Shown here: piece after piece, positions 19,473-29,177 of the stretch
How positions within the stretch are numbered: the first letter of the stretch is position 1
Layout of the letters: each line of letters opens with the position of its first letter
Origin: Coraliomargaritaceae bacterium
GTDB lineage: Bacteria; Verrucomicrobiota; Verrucomicrobiia; Opitutales; Coraliomargaritaceae
Assembly (NCBI GenBank): GCA_965656495.1
Contig: CBFHKU010000002.1
Span: 169,161 to 233,160 of the forward strand
Direction: 5' to 3'
DNA: 64,000 bases
The notes under the pieces: model-generated
Told to the model about the DNA's origin: nothing
Seen by the model: the letters and a program-made list of their open reading frames with translations, nothing else
Database searches by the model: none
Program-made: the position numbers and the translations under genes

Positions 19473-21044
19473 TTAATCAGTAAACTCACCAAAGGGACGC
19501 GCTTCGAATTGCTTCAACTCTTGAGCCAAAGCCTGCTGCGCACGCGCTGCAGCTTCTGGATTCATGCGGAAGACATTGTCGTGCTCCTCTGGGTCGCTTT
19601 TTAAGCGATAGAGCTGATTTGCCTCAAAATAATGCGGGTTCGCTTGCGAAGCATAGTGGCCTAAATGGCCATTCCGTGTGAGGTATGGCATGTCCATCGG
19701 CTCACCATCGAAGCCCCTAAACTTCTTACCCGCATCAATCTGGCGCTGAACCTTCTCTGGATAACGCACTGCGATGTATTTCCAGTCCTTCGTCTTAATA
19801 CCGCGCGAGTGCCCTATTTCTGTCATCAGCACGCTACGCACTGGTTCCTGACTGCCAAACAAAGCAGGCTTGAAGGAAACGCCGTCAATTTGGTAATCAG
19901 ACGGGATCTGAGCTCCAATTAAATCAAGTAGAGTCGGCGCAAAGTCCACATTTGCCACAATCTCGTCGTAGCGCGATCCCGGCTGAATCTTACCCTTCCA
20001 TAGCATCAGCATCGGCACACGCATACCATAATCGTGTAAAGTCGCTTTGCCATGACGGTAGGAACCGTGGTCAGGCACAAACACGATCAAGGTATCTTCG
20101 GACAGGCCAAGTGCCTCAACCTTGTCGATAATGGCACCCACTCCGTCATCCAACCACAAGGCGAAAGCCTTATTATCCTCATAACCGGCAGAACGATTGC
20201 GCGCGAGCACATCCTCACGCGAAGGCAAGACCTCGAAACCTTCTGCGACAAAGCCCTCACCTGTCATCCGTGGATCGGCTTCCAATGAGAACCTATTTGC
20301 CCATGGCGCAGGGCCATGATGCAGGGTCGTCGAGAAGTAGAGAAAGAAGGGCTCGTCCCGATAGGCATCCAGGAAGTCGAAGGCCTTCGCGACGGTCCAG
20401 TCGAGGTTATGCACGTTTAGCTCTTCATTGCGGAGCTCCTTCAAGTTTGCCGCGTAGAATCCATCAACAAAATCAAAACCAAAGGGCTTCATCGCCTCAC
20501 ACCATTTCTCGTGGTTGCGACGCATTTTACCGTTCACCTCCGGATCACGCGGGTCGGCATTTTTATCGTAAGTTTCAAAGCCATTCGATTTCCAATCGCC
20601 CTTGATCCACTCATGATGAATCAAGTGGCTCTTACCAACAAACCCAGTCTTGTAGCCATTCTTCTGCAAGACGCGTGGCAAGTTCCAGAGGTCTTCCTCC
20701 AACTCACCGATATTTTCCACCTGCGTTTGGTCGCCCAGCGGGTGCTCCTTCATGAAGATCGGTCCACGGCAATTACCCGCATAACGCCCAGTTAGAAAGC
20801 TGTATCGCGAGGGCGAACAGACTGTCGAAGTCACATTAAAATCAGTCAGGTAAAGTCCATCCGCTGCCATCCCATCAATACGGGGCGTGTGTACCTTGCC
20901 TCCCATAAAACCAAGCGAGTCCCAACTCTGATCGTCGGTGATGATAAGAATAACATTGGGCGTCTTAGTAGCCATCAATGACTGCGTCAAAAAGAACACA
21001 GACAGGATCGCTAGCAATCGAAGTGGTTTCTCAAAAAGTATCAT
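19473..21044 (-). CDS. S1 sulfatase (Cys type), secreted; paralogue of 5481..7145 and 25883..27550
   Basis: PNVILIITDDQ, CSPSRYSFLTGRYA, GKSH, PDHG. Confidence 0.92.
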   Translation of the reverse strand: MILFEKPLRLLAILSVFFLTQSLMATKTPNVILIITDDQSWDSLGFMGGKVHTPRIDGMAADGLYLTDFNVTSTVCSPSRYSFLTGRYAGNCRGPIFMKEHPLGDQTQVENIGELEEDLWNLPRVLQKNGYKTGFVGKSHLIHHEWIKGDWKSNGFETYDKNADPRDPEVNGKMRRNHEKWCEAMKPFGFDFVDGFYAANLKELRNEELNVHNLDWTVAKAFDFLDAYRDEPFFLYFSTTLHHGPAPWANRFSLEADPRMTGEGFVAEGFEVLPSREDVLARNRSAGYEDNKAFALWLDDGVGAIIDKVEALGLSEDTLIVFVPDHGSYRHGKATLHDYGMRVPMLMLWKGKIQPGSRYDEIVANVDFAPTLLDLIGAQIPSDYQIDGVSFKPALFGSQEPVRSVLMTEIGHSRGIKTKDWKYIAVRYPEKVQRQIDAGKKFRGFDGEPMDMPYLTRNGHLGHYASQANPHYFEANQLYRLKSDPEEHDNVFRMNPEAAARAQQALAQELKQFEARPFGEFTD

Positions 21045-21154
21045 GCTAAATTATCAGTGAAAGGTGTGAGCGGCTGGTATCATCTCGCGGCAGTAATGAA
21101 GATGTGATGACTACCCCAGAAACTGCGCGAACAAACCAGCTCACACAAAATAGT

Positions 21155-22657
21155 TTATTTCTCTTTGAGCTCCCAACGATATGTTTCCCCATCCACAACC
21201 AGCCTGAGCTGATTCACGGCCAAGCCGGGTTCAGCAAAGGTCTCAGGTGCCTCCGACGCAAGCTTCGCTATAATGGTATCAAACTCCGGGTTGCTCGCCA
21301 AGTTAGTCCACTCGTTCGGGTCTTTGCGCACATCGTAGAGTTCTTCAGTGCCATCCGCGTAGCGGATATAGCGCCAATCCTGATTCATGATGGCATACTC
21401 GTTCGGCTTCATACCCGACAAAAGAACGCTGCGGTCTTGAGCCGACGACGGCTGTTTTAAGACATCCACAACCGACACGCCGTCCAGCCCCGAATCATGC
21501 GGGATCGAACAGAGTTCAAGCAGGGTCGGATACATATCGATCAAGCTAGCCGACGCATCGACACTTTCACCATGCGCAATGCCCGGCCCCGCCCACATAA
21601 ATGGCACATTCGAAGTGCGCTCCCAAAGCGTGTGCTTGCCCCAATCAAATTTCTCACCGTGGTGATAGCCGTGGTCACTCCAGAGCACGAGGATGGTGTT
21701 CTGCGAATTTGGCCCTTCTGCCAGTGCGTCCAACACTCGACCAAGCATCGCATCGGCATAAGAAACACAAGCGAGATAGCCGAGGATTGCATCCTCGATC
21801 GCATCCAATTTCTCTAAACGACGATGGTGTGCGCTACGGCCCGTCTTGGCTTTCCTCACTTTATCAGGTAGGTCTTCGAGGTCGCTCTCGAGATAAGGCG
21901 GCAACTCAATCTTTTCGCGGTCATACAGATCAAAATACTTCTTCGGCGCGTAATTAGGAAAGTGCGGCGTGTAGAGACCAACCGCCAGAAAGAACGGTTG
22001 ATCATGCCTCTGCTTCAAAATCTCGCAGGCCCAATTCGTGCGCATCGTGTCGGCCATCTTTTCTTCGTTCTCATTCAGAACAGGCCCCCATTCGAGGAAG
22101 AACTGGTTGGCCGGTTTGCGGTCGTGATTAAAAATACTGGCAGGATACGGATCCGGAAGGATTGGGTCGTCCAAGGTCCAACTGTCCAATGCCCAGCCAT
22201 TCTGACGCTGCTCCTCGCTGCGCAGATAGAAGGCATCCCAACCACGTTGATCGATAAAGCCCTTCGGGTGATGAAAGAGCTTGCCCGCACCATAGGTCAG
22301 GTAGCCTGCCTTCTGAAAGGCAAGCTGCAGTGGCGTCACCTCGGGTAAATTATGATAATAGACCTGCCCCGTGTAACAACCGGTGGTGCTGGCATGGCGA
22401 CCCGTAAAGATCGCACTGCGCGACGGCGCACAATAAGAACCGGCGGTGTGCGCGTTCTGGAACGTCACGCCAAGTTTAGCGAGGCGATCCATGTTCGGCG
22501 TAATTGCCTGTGAGTAGCCCATCGGATTGATCCAGTCGTTCAAATCATCGAGCGCAAAAAAGATCACGTTCGGACGTTCTTTCGCTGCTTCCATACAGAG
22601 CGTCGCGAGCAAAGCGACGCCAGCCATAGACAGGCGTTTGGGAAGATGTCTTTTCAT
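21155..22657 (-). CDS. S1 sulfatase, iduronate-2/choline-sulfatase-like, secreted
   Basis: PNVIFFALDDLNDW, CAPSR, GKLFH, WSDHGYHHGEK. Confidence 0.92.
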   Translation of the reverse strand: MKRHLPKRLSMAGVALLATLCMEAAKERPNVIFFALDDLNDWINPMGYSQAITPNMDRLAKLGVTFQNAHTAGSYCAPSRSAIFTGRHASTTGCYTGQVYYHNLPEVTPLQLAFQKAGYLTYGAGKLFHHPKGFIDQRGWDAFYLRSEEQRQNGWALDSWTLDDPILPDPYPASIFNHDRKPANQFFLEWGPVLNENEEKMADTMRTNWACEILKQRHDQPFFLAVGLYTPHFPNYAPKKYFDLYDREKIELPPYLESDLEDLPDKVRKAKTGRSAHHRRLEKLDAIEDAILGYLACVSYADAMLGRVLDALAEGPNSQNTILVLWSDHGYHHGEKFDWGKHTLWERTSNVPFMWAGPGIAHGESVDASASLIDMYPTLLELCSIPHDSGLDGVSVVDVLKQPSSAQDRSVLLSGMKPNEYAIMNQDWRYIRYADGTEELYDVRKDPNEWTNLASNPEFDTIIAKLASEAPETFAEPGLAVNQLRLVVDGETYRWELKEK

Positions 22658-22682
22658 TGATTTGGGGGTTCGAATAAGGTCT

Positions 22683-24221
22683 TTAGCGGGTAATCAATGC
22701 CCATGCCTCACGATACAAGTCAGCGGCGTCTTTCCATTCAATGCTCCTGCCCTCAAAGTCACCCAGACTTTCGCCAAAAGCCGATAGCCACAGATCTTCT
22801 CGGAACAAGTGCAGTTGATCCGGCTGGATCGATCCATGACGCGCGACAAACTCCGGCATCATCATCAGGCCACGGCGGAACTGGTCTGAGCTTGCACGTG
22901 CTGCTTGTAGCCAATTGCAGCCATGCTCCAGTTCACTGGAACTCGGTGTACGCCCAAGCATTTCCTCGTAGGCCGTCGTGACAACAGCCATCACTTCAAT
23001 CTCGCCGTAGGCATAGTCACGATACCCCATCGAATTGCGCGGCAAGTGATTACAGCGCAACAAGTGCGATATATGGCGCTCCATTTTCTTAAATTCCGGC
23101 TGTATTTCACAATCGGTGACAACTTCCGGGTTCATGATAAAGGCCGTTGGATCGTCCGGTGGGAGTTGGGGATTCAAGCCCTCTCCGATTCCTGAATAGC
23201 GCGCGCTGCTTTTATTGCCGGTAATAGTGAACTCACTGATGCCACTCAGGATGATACCGTAAGCTGCGGCATCACCGCTTATTAAATTATTGGTTACTGA
23301 GCCGCCGACAAAGGTAAAGCCCTTCTTGCTCGGCACCCAAGGGACGGCTCCCACTGGAATTCCCATGTGGATTCGGCCACCCCGCGCATCAATCCAGTTG
23401 TCATTGATCACCACCCCGCGGTAATCGATCCGCGTTTCGTCATCCTCGAAAGCCCAGAACTTGAGCGGATCCACAAGGTTTATGCCCCCAAGCGATTCGC
23501 GTGCCACTGCAGCAATAACATTCCCTTCCGATACGCTCCCCGGCGCACCGAAAAACACCATCCCAACATCCGTCGGGTCGATGATAACATTATTACGAAC
23601 CGTAGTGCGCTGCGCCGCACAGGAAATGCCATCTCCCCATGACATGCCATTGATATGTGGGTTTTCGGTGCCTTCGCGACCGTTGCCACGCACATCCGCT
23701 CCAGCTCCGAAGAATATGTTATCCTCCACCAACACATCAGAACCGCCTTCGTGCACCTTCAGCGTCGACCAGGTGCGCGCCCCCACAAATACACAACGGC
23801 GCACCACCTGTCGTTCAGCCCCCTTCCCTCCAAAGAAAACCATTGGAGGCCCGCCAAATTCTTTCGACAGTGACGAGAGTCGGTAGCGGTTTCCGTCCAA
23901 AACGACCTGTTCAATGACAACACCGTCAAGATGGTTGCCATTGATCAACTGCCCCTGCTCCCGGTTCGCGATGCGCAAGGTGGCATAATCGGACAAGGAC
24001 TTTGGCTGATAAGTCGCAATGCGCTGCCCTTCCCATTTGAAGACGAGCGGCGCGTTCAACTCATAGACCTGCCCCGCTTCCAGCAGCAAGTCATCACCGG
24101 CATCCAGAACCGCCTGCAGATCGTTACCGACCGGTGTCGTTTGCCCGATCAAAAAGAGCGGCAACCACGCCATTGAAGCACCGAGCGCAACTGAAAGAGA
24201 TAAACGCATGGTAGAATTCAA
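22683..24221 (-). CDS. Secreted right-handed beta-helix protein with C-terminal DUF4214-like module
   Basis: Repeating V-x-x-N strands, WGDGISCA...NNVIIDPTDVGMVFFGAPGS. C-terminal AYEEMLGRTP...PEF. Start may be 24209. Confidence 0.7.
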   Translation of the reverse strand: MNSTMRLSLSVALGASMAWLPLFLIGQTTPVGNDLQAVLDAGDDLLLEAGQVYELNAPLVFKWEGQRIATYQPKSLSDYATLRIANREQGQLINGNHLDGVVIEQVVLDGNRYRLSSLSKEFGGPPMVFFGGKGAERQVVRRCVFVGARTWSTLKVHEGGSDVLVEDNIFFGAGADVRGNGREGTENPHINGMSWGDGISCAAQRTTVRNNVIIDPTDVGMVFFGAPGSVSEGNVIAAVARESLGGINLVDPLKFWAFEDDETRIDYRGVVINDNWIDARGGRIHMGIPVGAVPWVPSKKGFTFVGGSVTNNLISGDAAAYGIILSGISEFTITGNKSSARYSGIGEGLNPQLPPDDPTAFIMNPEVVTDCEIQPEFKKMERHISHLLRCNHLPRNSMGYRDYAYGEIEVMAVVTTAYEEMLGRTPSSSELEHGCNWLQAARASSDQFRRGLMMMPEFVARHGSIQPDQLHLFREDLWLSAFGESLGDFEGRSIEWKDAADLYREAWALITR

Positions 24222-24243
24222 TGGATAGGACAGAAGACCACAA

Positions 24244-24259
24244 GGTTAAACGTATTACC
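24244..24259. promoter_or_regulatory. Candidate LacI operator (beta-helix/sulfatase operon side)
   Basis: GGTTAAACGTATTACC. The 12-mer AAACGTATTACC is identical to 13457-13468 at the start of the LacI gene. Confidence 0.55.
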
Positions 24260-24358
24260 ATTATTGAATTTCGAAATGCGTCCAGTAAAATCAGCTACTC
24301 AAATCACTTAGGATTTATGCTTCGTAGCCTTAGCTTGAGCAATGCCAAAGAAAGAGAA

Positions 24359-24385
24359 TTGACACCCAATGATTAAACGTTTCCG
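24359..24385 (+). promoter_or_regulatory. -35 hexamer TTGACA followed by a candidate LacI operator
   Basis: TTGACA at 24359-24364. GATTAAACGTTT at 24371-24382 is identical to 14558-14569. Confidence 0.6.
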
Positions 24386-24420
24386 CTTATAAGGCAATTA
24401 GGACGCAATAAATAAACAAC

Positions 24421-25848
24421 ATGCAAAGCCACATTCGATCCTGCTTTGCCTGCGCTTTTACTGCGCTGGCTCTAGCCTCAACCTTGAGCGCTCACGCAAC
24501 GCCTCCCAAACCACTGAACGTGCTTATGATCATCATTGATGATCTACGCACCGAACTGGGATGCTATGGAGTGGATGCAGTCAGCTCCCCTCATATCGAC
24601 CGACTGGCCCGGAAAGGCATGCGCTTTGAAAACGCCTACGCGCAATATCCGGTTTGCAACCCCAGCCGCTCATCCTTCCTCTCTGGCCTGCGCCCGGACG
24701 AAGTTGGCATCATTTCCAATGAGGTGCCGCTCCGCCGCATACAACCCGACCTTGTTACGCTGCCGCAGTTATTCCGCGAGAACGGCTACTTCACCGCCGG
24801 CCTTGGCAAAATCTACCACCTCAGCGTAGATGAGAAACACGAAGATGGCAGGAAGGTTCTGTTCGAAGACCCACAATCATGGGACTACTTTTTCGACGCA
24901 CTGGGAAAGACAACCAAGCTCGGCCAACAGGGCGAAGGCCGCAACCTGACCAACGGAAAGATCCCTTGGGCCACCTGGCAAGCCACCGAAGGTGATGATC
25001 TCGACCAACCCGACGGCCAAATTGCAGCTGAAGCGGTTCGCATTCTTGAAGAAAACCACGACAAGCCCTTCTTCATTGGTTATGGCATCCATAAGCCACA
25101 CGACCCTTTCATCGCGCCAAAAAAGTATTTCGATCTCTACCCCGAAGGAAGCACCCAACTCGCAGTTGAGCCCGACGACCGTAGCACACCTGTCCGACTC
25201 GCGGTACCCAACAATACCGACTTCGCCGAATTCACTGATCAGGAACGCCGAGAATTCAAGCGCGCTTATCAGGCGGGCACCAGCTTTGCCGATGCGCAAG
25301 TAGGCAAGATCTTTGCAACAATGGACCGCCTTAATCTCTGGAACAACACCATCGTCGTGCTTTTTGGCGACCACGGCTATCACTTGGGTGAGCACGGCTG
25401 GTGGAACAAAGTGACGGTGTTCGAAGACGGCGCGCGCGCCCCGATGATCGTTTGGGTGCCTGAAGCTGCCGGCATGGGCAAGCCCACTCAATCGATCATG
25501 GAGTTCCTCGACCTCTACCCTACGCTGATTGACTACACCGGACTCAAAGCTCCGCACACCCTTTCCGGCAAAAGCCTCCGCCCCATCCTCGAAAATCCAG
25601 AGGCCGAAGTCAAAAAAGCCGGCTACACACAAGTCAACCGTGGCGATATCATTGGCCGCAGTGTTCGCACGGCCCGCTGGCGCTACACCGAATGGGGCGA
25701 GGACGGCAAGCATGGCGCCGAACTTTACGACCACAGCAAAGACTCCGGCGAATACTATAACCTCGCCAACAATCCGGAGTATGCGAGCATTCGCCAACAA
25801 ATGAAGCAAGACCTTGATAAAGGCTTCGGCCCCTACACCGGCAAATAA
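24421..25848 (+). CDS. S1 sulfatase, iduronate-2-sulfatase-like, secreted
   Basis: NVLMIIIDDLR, CNPSR, GKIYH, HKPHDPF, GDHGYHLGEHG. Confidence 0.93.
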   Translation: MQSHIRSCFACAFTALALASTLSAHATPPKPLNVLMIIIDDLRTELGCYGVDAVSSPHIDRLARKGMRFENAYAQYPVCNPSRSSFLSGLRPDEVGIISNEVPLRRIQPDLVTLPQLFRENGYFTAGLGKIYHLSVDEKHEDGRKVLFEDPQSWDYFFDALGKTTKLGQQGEGRNLTNGKIPWATWQATEGDDLDQPDGQIAAEAVRILEENHDKPFFIGYGIHKPHDPFIAPKKYFDLYPEGSTQLAVEPDDRSTPVRLAVPNNTDFAEFTDQERREFKRAYQAGTSFADAQVGKIFATMDRLNLWNNTIVVLFGDHGYHLGEHGWWNKVTVFEDGARAPMIVWVPEAAGMGKPTQSIMEFLDLYPTLIDYTGLKAPHTLSGKSLRPILENPEAEVKKAGYTQVNRGDIIGRSVRTARWRYTEWGEDGKHGAELYDHSKDSGEYYNLANNPEYASIRQQMKQDLDKGFGPYTGK

Positions 25849-25882
25849 CCAAGGTTTTATAACCTTCGACAGCCCCTTGTGC

Positions 25883-27550
25883 ATGCGCTTTAAAACTGCC
25901 TTGAGCCTTGTTTTAGCTGCCTTAAATATACACGCAGCAAAGCCCAACATAATCCTGTTCCTAATCGACGATCAGGACAAATCGAGCATCGGTGCTTACG
26001 GAGGCAATACCCTTACCCCCCATCTGGATCAGATGGCACGCGAGGGGATCCTCTTCCACCGCGCATATGCATCAAGCACCGTCTGCAATCCATCGCGCTA
26101 CAGCTTCCATACCGGTCGTTATGCCGGTAATTCCTACTACAAAGAATTCGTTTCGAGCTACCCAACCAGTCATCAGAGCCACATCGCATTCAACACCGCA
26201 CTAGAAGCAGATAATATGAACGTAGGGGCGGTGCTCGCGCAAAACGGCTATGCCACTGGCTTTACTGGAAAATTCCACATGGGTGGGTACGAAGGCTTCA
26301 GCAAGGACGCTACAGAAGGATTCGGACTCAGCCTCATACCGAAAGACGCAACCGCTAGCCCGGAAATATCCGAAGCCTTCCGTAAAAACGAGCAGATCGC
26401 TCGTGACTACGTCAAAAGCCGTGGCTTCACTTGGGCAAAAAACATCTACCTGGGGAATATGCAGCCCCCTTACCGCACGCAAAACCCCGAGTGGAATCTG
26501 GCTGCAGCCTATGAGTTCATCGAGGAAAATGCCCAAAAAGAAAAGCCCTTCTACTTGAGCTTCTGCCTCACACTCTTACATGATGGCGTTGGCACCTGGC
26601 CGAAGTCACTTGACCTCCCCCACCACACAGGCGCTGGCGAAGTTGAACCCGATCCGGCGGTGATTGCCAACCGCAACAAGCTCAAGCAAATCATTGCTCA
26701 GTCCGGCATCAAAAACAAAGCACAGTTAACCGGCGAAGTTTGGGTCGATGCCACACTAGGTGCCCTCATGTCAAAGCTGGAGGAACTGGGCATTGATGAA
26801 AACACCATCGTCGTTTTTGCACCCGACCATGGCATCAGCGGCAAGGGCTCTATCTACGACAAGGACGCGACCAACATCCCAATGATCATACGCTGGCCAG
26901 CCGGCATCCCCGCTGGATTGGAATCCAATGCACTGGTGCAGAACATAGACCTTGTGCCGACCTTCTTCGAACTCGCCGGCGCGAAGGTGCCGACAGAATA
27001 CAAGATGGATGGCATCAGCCTATCACCGCTCTTCACCAACGGCAAAGTTGCCGACTGGCGCGACACCCTCTACTTTGAGATTGGTTGCTCCCGAGGCATC
27101 ATGACCCAAGACTGGAAATACATCGCCAACCGCTACCCCACCGACCGCCTTAGTGAGATCCAAAGCAACAAACTTCCACAGCGCCTTCCGCAATTAATGG
27201 CGCCACTCAATCGCCTAGGAATCGGCACATTCGGTGCGGCACACCCCGGCTTCTTCGAGGAAGATCAACTTTACTCACTTAAAAACGACCCGGATGAAAT
27301 GAAGAACCTCGCCGACAACCCGGAACATCAGGCAGTGCTTGAGACCATGCAGCAAAAACTCACTACCGTCTTGGAATCAATCGGCAACGCCTACGGCGAA
27401 TTTCTCCCCGGCGCCAACACCACCACTCCCGGACAAATCGACGAACAAGTTGAACTCGCAAAGCAAATCCGCATCGAGCACAAGACCGTTTACCTCCCCG
27501 AGGGCCATGGCGGTACCATTTGGAAAGAAGGCAAGCTGCAAACCAAGTAG
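25883..27550 (+). CDS. S1 sulfatase (Cys type), secreted; close paralogue of 5481..7145
   Basis: PNIILFLIDDQDKSSIGAYG, CNPSR, GKFH, PDHG. Start MRFKTAL at 25883. Confidence 0.92.
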   Translation: MRFKTALSLVLAALNIHAAKPNIILFLIDDQDKSSIGAYGGNTLTPHLDQMAREGILFHRAYASSTVCNPSRYSFHTGRYAGNSYYKEFVSSYPTSHQSHIAFNTALEADNMNVGAVLAQNGYATGFTGKFHMGGYEGFSKDATEGFGLSLIPKDATASPEISEAFRKNEQIARDYVKSRGFTWAKNIYLGNMQPPYRTQNPEWNLAAAYEFIEENAQKEKPFYLSFCLTLLHDGVGTWPKSLDLPHHTGAGEVEPDPAVIANRNKLKQIIAQSGIKNKAQLTGEVWVDATLGALMSKLEELGIDENTIVVFAPDHGISGKGSIYDKDATNIPMIIRWPAGIPAGLESNALVQNIDLVPTFFELAGAKVPTEYKMDGISLSPLFTNGKVADWRDTLYFEIGCSRGIMTQDWKYIANRYPTDRLSEIQSNKLPQRLPQLMAPLNRLGIGTFGAAHPGFFEEDQLYSLKNDPDEMKNLADNPEHQAVLETMQQKLTTVLESIGNAYGEFLPGANTTTPGQIDEQVELAKQIRIEHKTVYLPEGHGGTIWKEGKLQTK

Positions 27551-27612
27551 ATCCAGAATTTTTCATTTGGAAATAGGATCTGAGACGCCCGTCTACAATA
27601 TTGCACCACCCC

Positions 27613-27719
27613 GCCCCTACTTGCGTGAAGGCTTTTTTGGTCGGGGTGACAGGATTGATTCACTTCGCCAAGGGCTTCGCCCCAATGCTACCCATTGCCC
27701 TTCTTCGCTTCGCTGCGTC
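27613..27719 (-). repeat. Distal part of a tRNA-Pro-linked repeat (tRNA 3' copy plus degenerate terminator)
   Basis: TGGTCGGGGTGACAGGATT at 27638-27656 is the last 19 nt of tRNA-Pro. GCCCTTCTTCGCTTCGCTGCGTC at 27697-27719 is repeated at 29178-29200. Confidence 0.8.
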
Positions 27720-27836
27720 TAATTCTACAAAATGATAAAACATCCCCACTGCCGGCAATGAGGATGGAAATACAAATTTAGAAAATAACGCCATAATCAC
27801 ATAATTTTTGATCTGAAAGGAAGCACATGTACGTGT

Positions 27837-27861
27837 AATTTTAAAGTTGAACTTTCAAATT
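27837..27861. promoter_or_regulatory. 25-bp palindrome upstream of the AAA+ ATPase (candidate operator)
   Basis: AATTTTAAAGTT-G-AACTTTCAAATT, 11/12 complementary, about 20 bp before the ATG. Confidence 0.5.
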
Positions 27862-27880
27862 GCATAACAATACTAGAGGC

Positions 27881-29050
27881 ATGATTCAAAGAACCGCAGC
27901 AAAGCTGATAACTCAACTAGCAAAAGAATTTCCAGCAGTAGCGATCACGGGCCCTAGGCAATCCGGAAAAACCACCCTGGTCCGTGAGTGCTTCAAAACA
28001 AAGCCTTACATCAACCTGGAAGATCTTGATCAGTATCAATTCGCGAAGGGAGATCCAAAGGGATTTTTAGGACAATTTAAGAACGGAGCCATATTAGATG
28101 AAGTGCAGCGTTGCCCGGACCTCTTCAATTACCTACAGCGCATCATCGATGAAGATCAACGTAACGGCCTCTACATCCTCACTGGTTCTTCTCAATTTCA
28201 ACTCAACAAACAGATATCGCAAAGTCTCGCGGGAAGGGTCGGAAACCTCTCACTGCTACCCTTCTCCATTGCCGAATTAAAAACGGGAAGAAAATTCAAC
28301 GAATCCATCGATCACAATCTATTCCATGGCTTTTATCCACGTATAATCGCCAAAGGCAGCACACCGCGACGGTGGCTCAACGCCTATATCGAGACCTACA
28401 TTGAAAAAGACATACGTCAATTAATGGAAATAAAAAACCGCGACCGCTTCCTGCGCTTTATTTCTCTATGCGCGGGCAATGTGGGTTCCCTACTCAACCT
28501 AAGTCGTATTGCAGCCGATTGCTCCATCACGGTGCCCACCGCAAAGTCATGGCTAAGCGTGCTGCAAGCCTCCTACATTTGCTTCACGCTCAAACCACAT
28601 TCCAGCAACTTCAGGAAACGAATCGTTAAGACGCCAAAGCTCTACTTCTACGACGTTGGACTTGCCTGCCGGCTCCTTGGAATTCAGGAGGAGAGCCAAA
28701 TAAAAACGCATCCTCTACGTGGCAGTTTATTCGAAAATATGGTCGTCACCGATCTGCTCAAAACAAGATTAAATCTGGGAATCGACCCTTCCATGTTTTT
28801 TTGGAGAGACAGTGCCGGACTTGAAATCGATCTAATTCTTGAGAATAACGACAAGCTACAACCAATAGAAATCAAGTCCGGCGAAACATTCACCGCGTCC
28901 TGGATGAATAATCTAAATAAGTGGCGCACCCTTGCCGCCAATAACAGCACTCAAGCAATGCTTTGCTATGGGGGTAACTGGACAGGACAGCGATCAGAAG
29001 CAAAAGTGTTACCATGGCACAAAGTCGTCCAAATAAATGAGTGCCCTTAG
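27881..29050 (+). CDS. AAA+ ATPase (AAA_14) with DUF4143 C-terminal domain
   Basis: Walker A GPRQSGKT, Walker B ILDEVQ, LTGSSQ, SLAGR, KTPKLYFYDVG, RGSLFEN, EIDL...IEIK. Confidence 0.92.
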   Translation: MIQRTAAKLITQLAKEFPAVAITGPRQSGKTTLVRECFKTKPYINLEDLDQYQFAKGDPKGFLGQFKNGAILDEVQRCPDLFNYLQRIIDEDQRNGLYILTGSSQFQLNKQISQSLAGRVGNLSLLPFSIAELKTGRKFNESIDHNLFHGFYPRIIAKGSTPRRWLNAYIETYIEKDIRQLMEIKNRDRFLRFISLCAGNVGSLLNLSRIAADCSITVPTAKSWLSVLQASYICFTLKPHSSNFRKRIVKTPKLYFYDVGLACRLLGIQEESQIKTHPLRGSLFENMVVTDLLKTRLNLGIDPSMFFWRDSAGLEIDLILENNDKLQPIEIKSGETFTASWMNNLNKWRTLAANNSTQAMLCYGGNWTGQRSEAKVLPWHKVVQINECP

Positions 29051-29145
29051 GCGTTTTGCTCTGGTGAAGCCATACAGGGGCGGATCACGTTGACGCCTGA
29101 ATTCTTCAGGGTTTTGCGAAACTCTTTCGTAAAAAGCGGATCATC
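29047..29145 (-). pseudogene. Fragment of an integrase-core (rve) IS transposase
   Basis: DDPLFTKEFRKTLKNSGVNVIRPCMASPEQNA resembles the D-R-D-x-x-F...G-V...SP-x-x-N segment of rve transposases. Truncated on both sides. Confidence 0.6.
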
Positions 29146-29177
29146 CTCACAAAACTGTATCGTGATCCAACTCAGTG

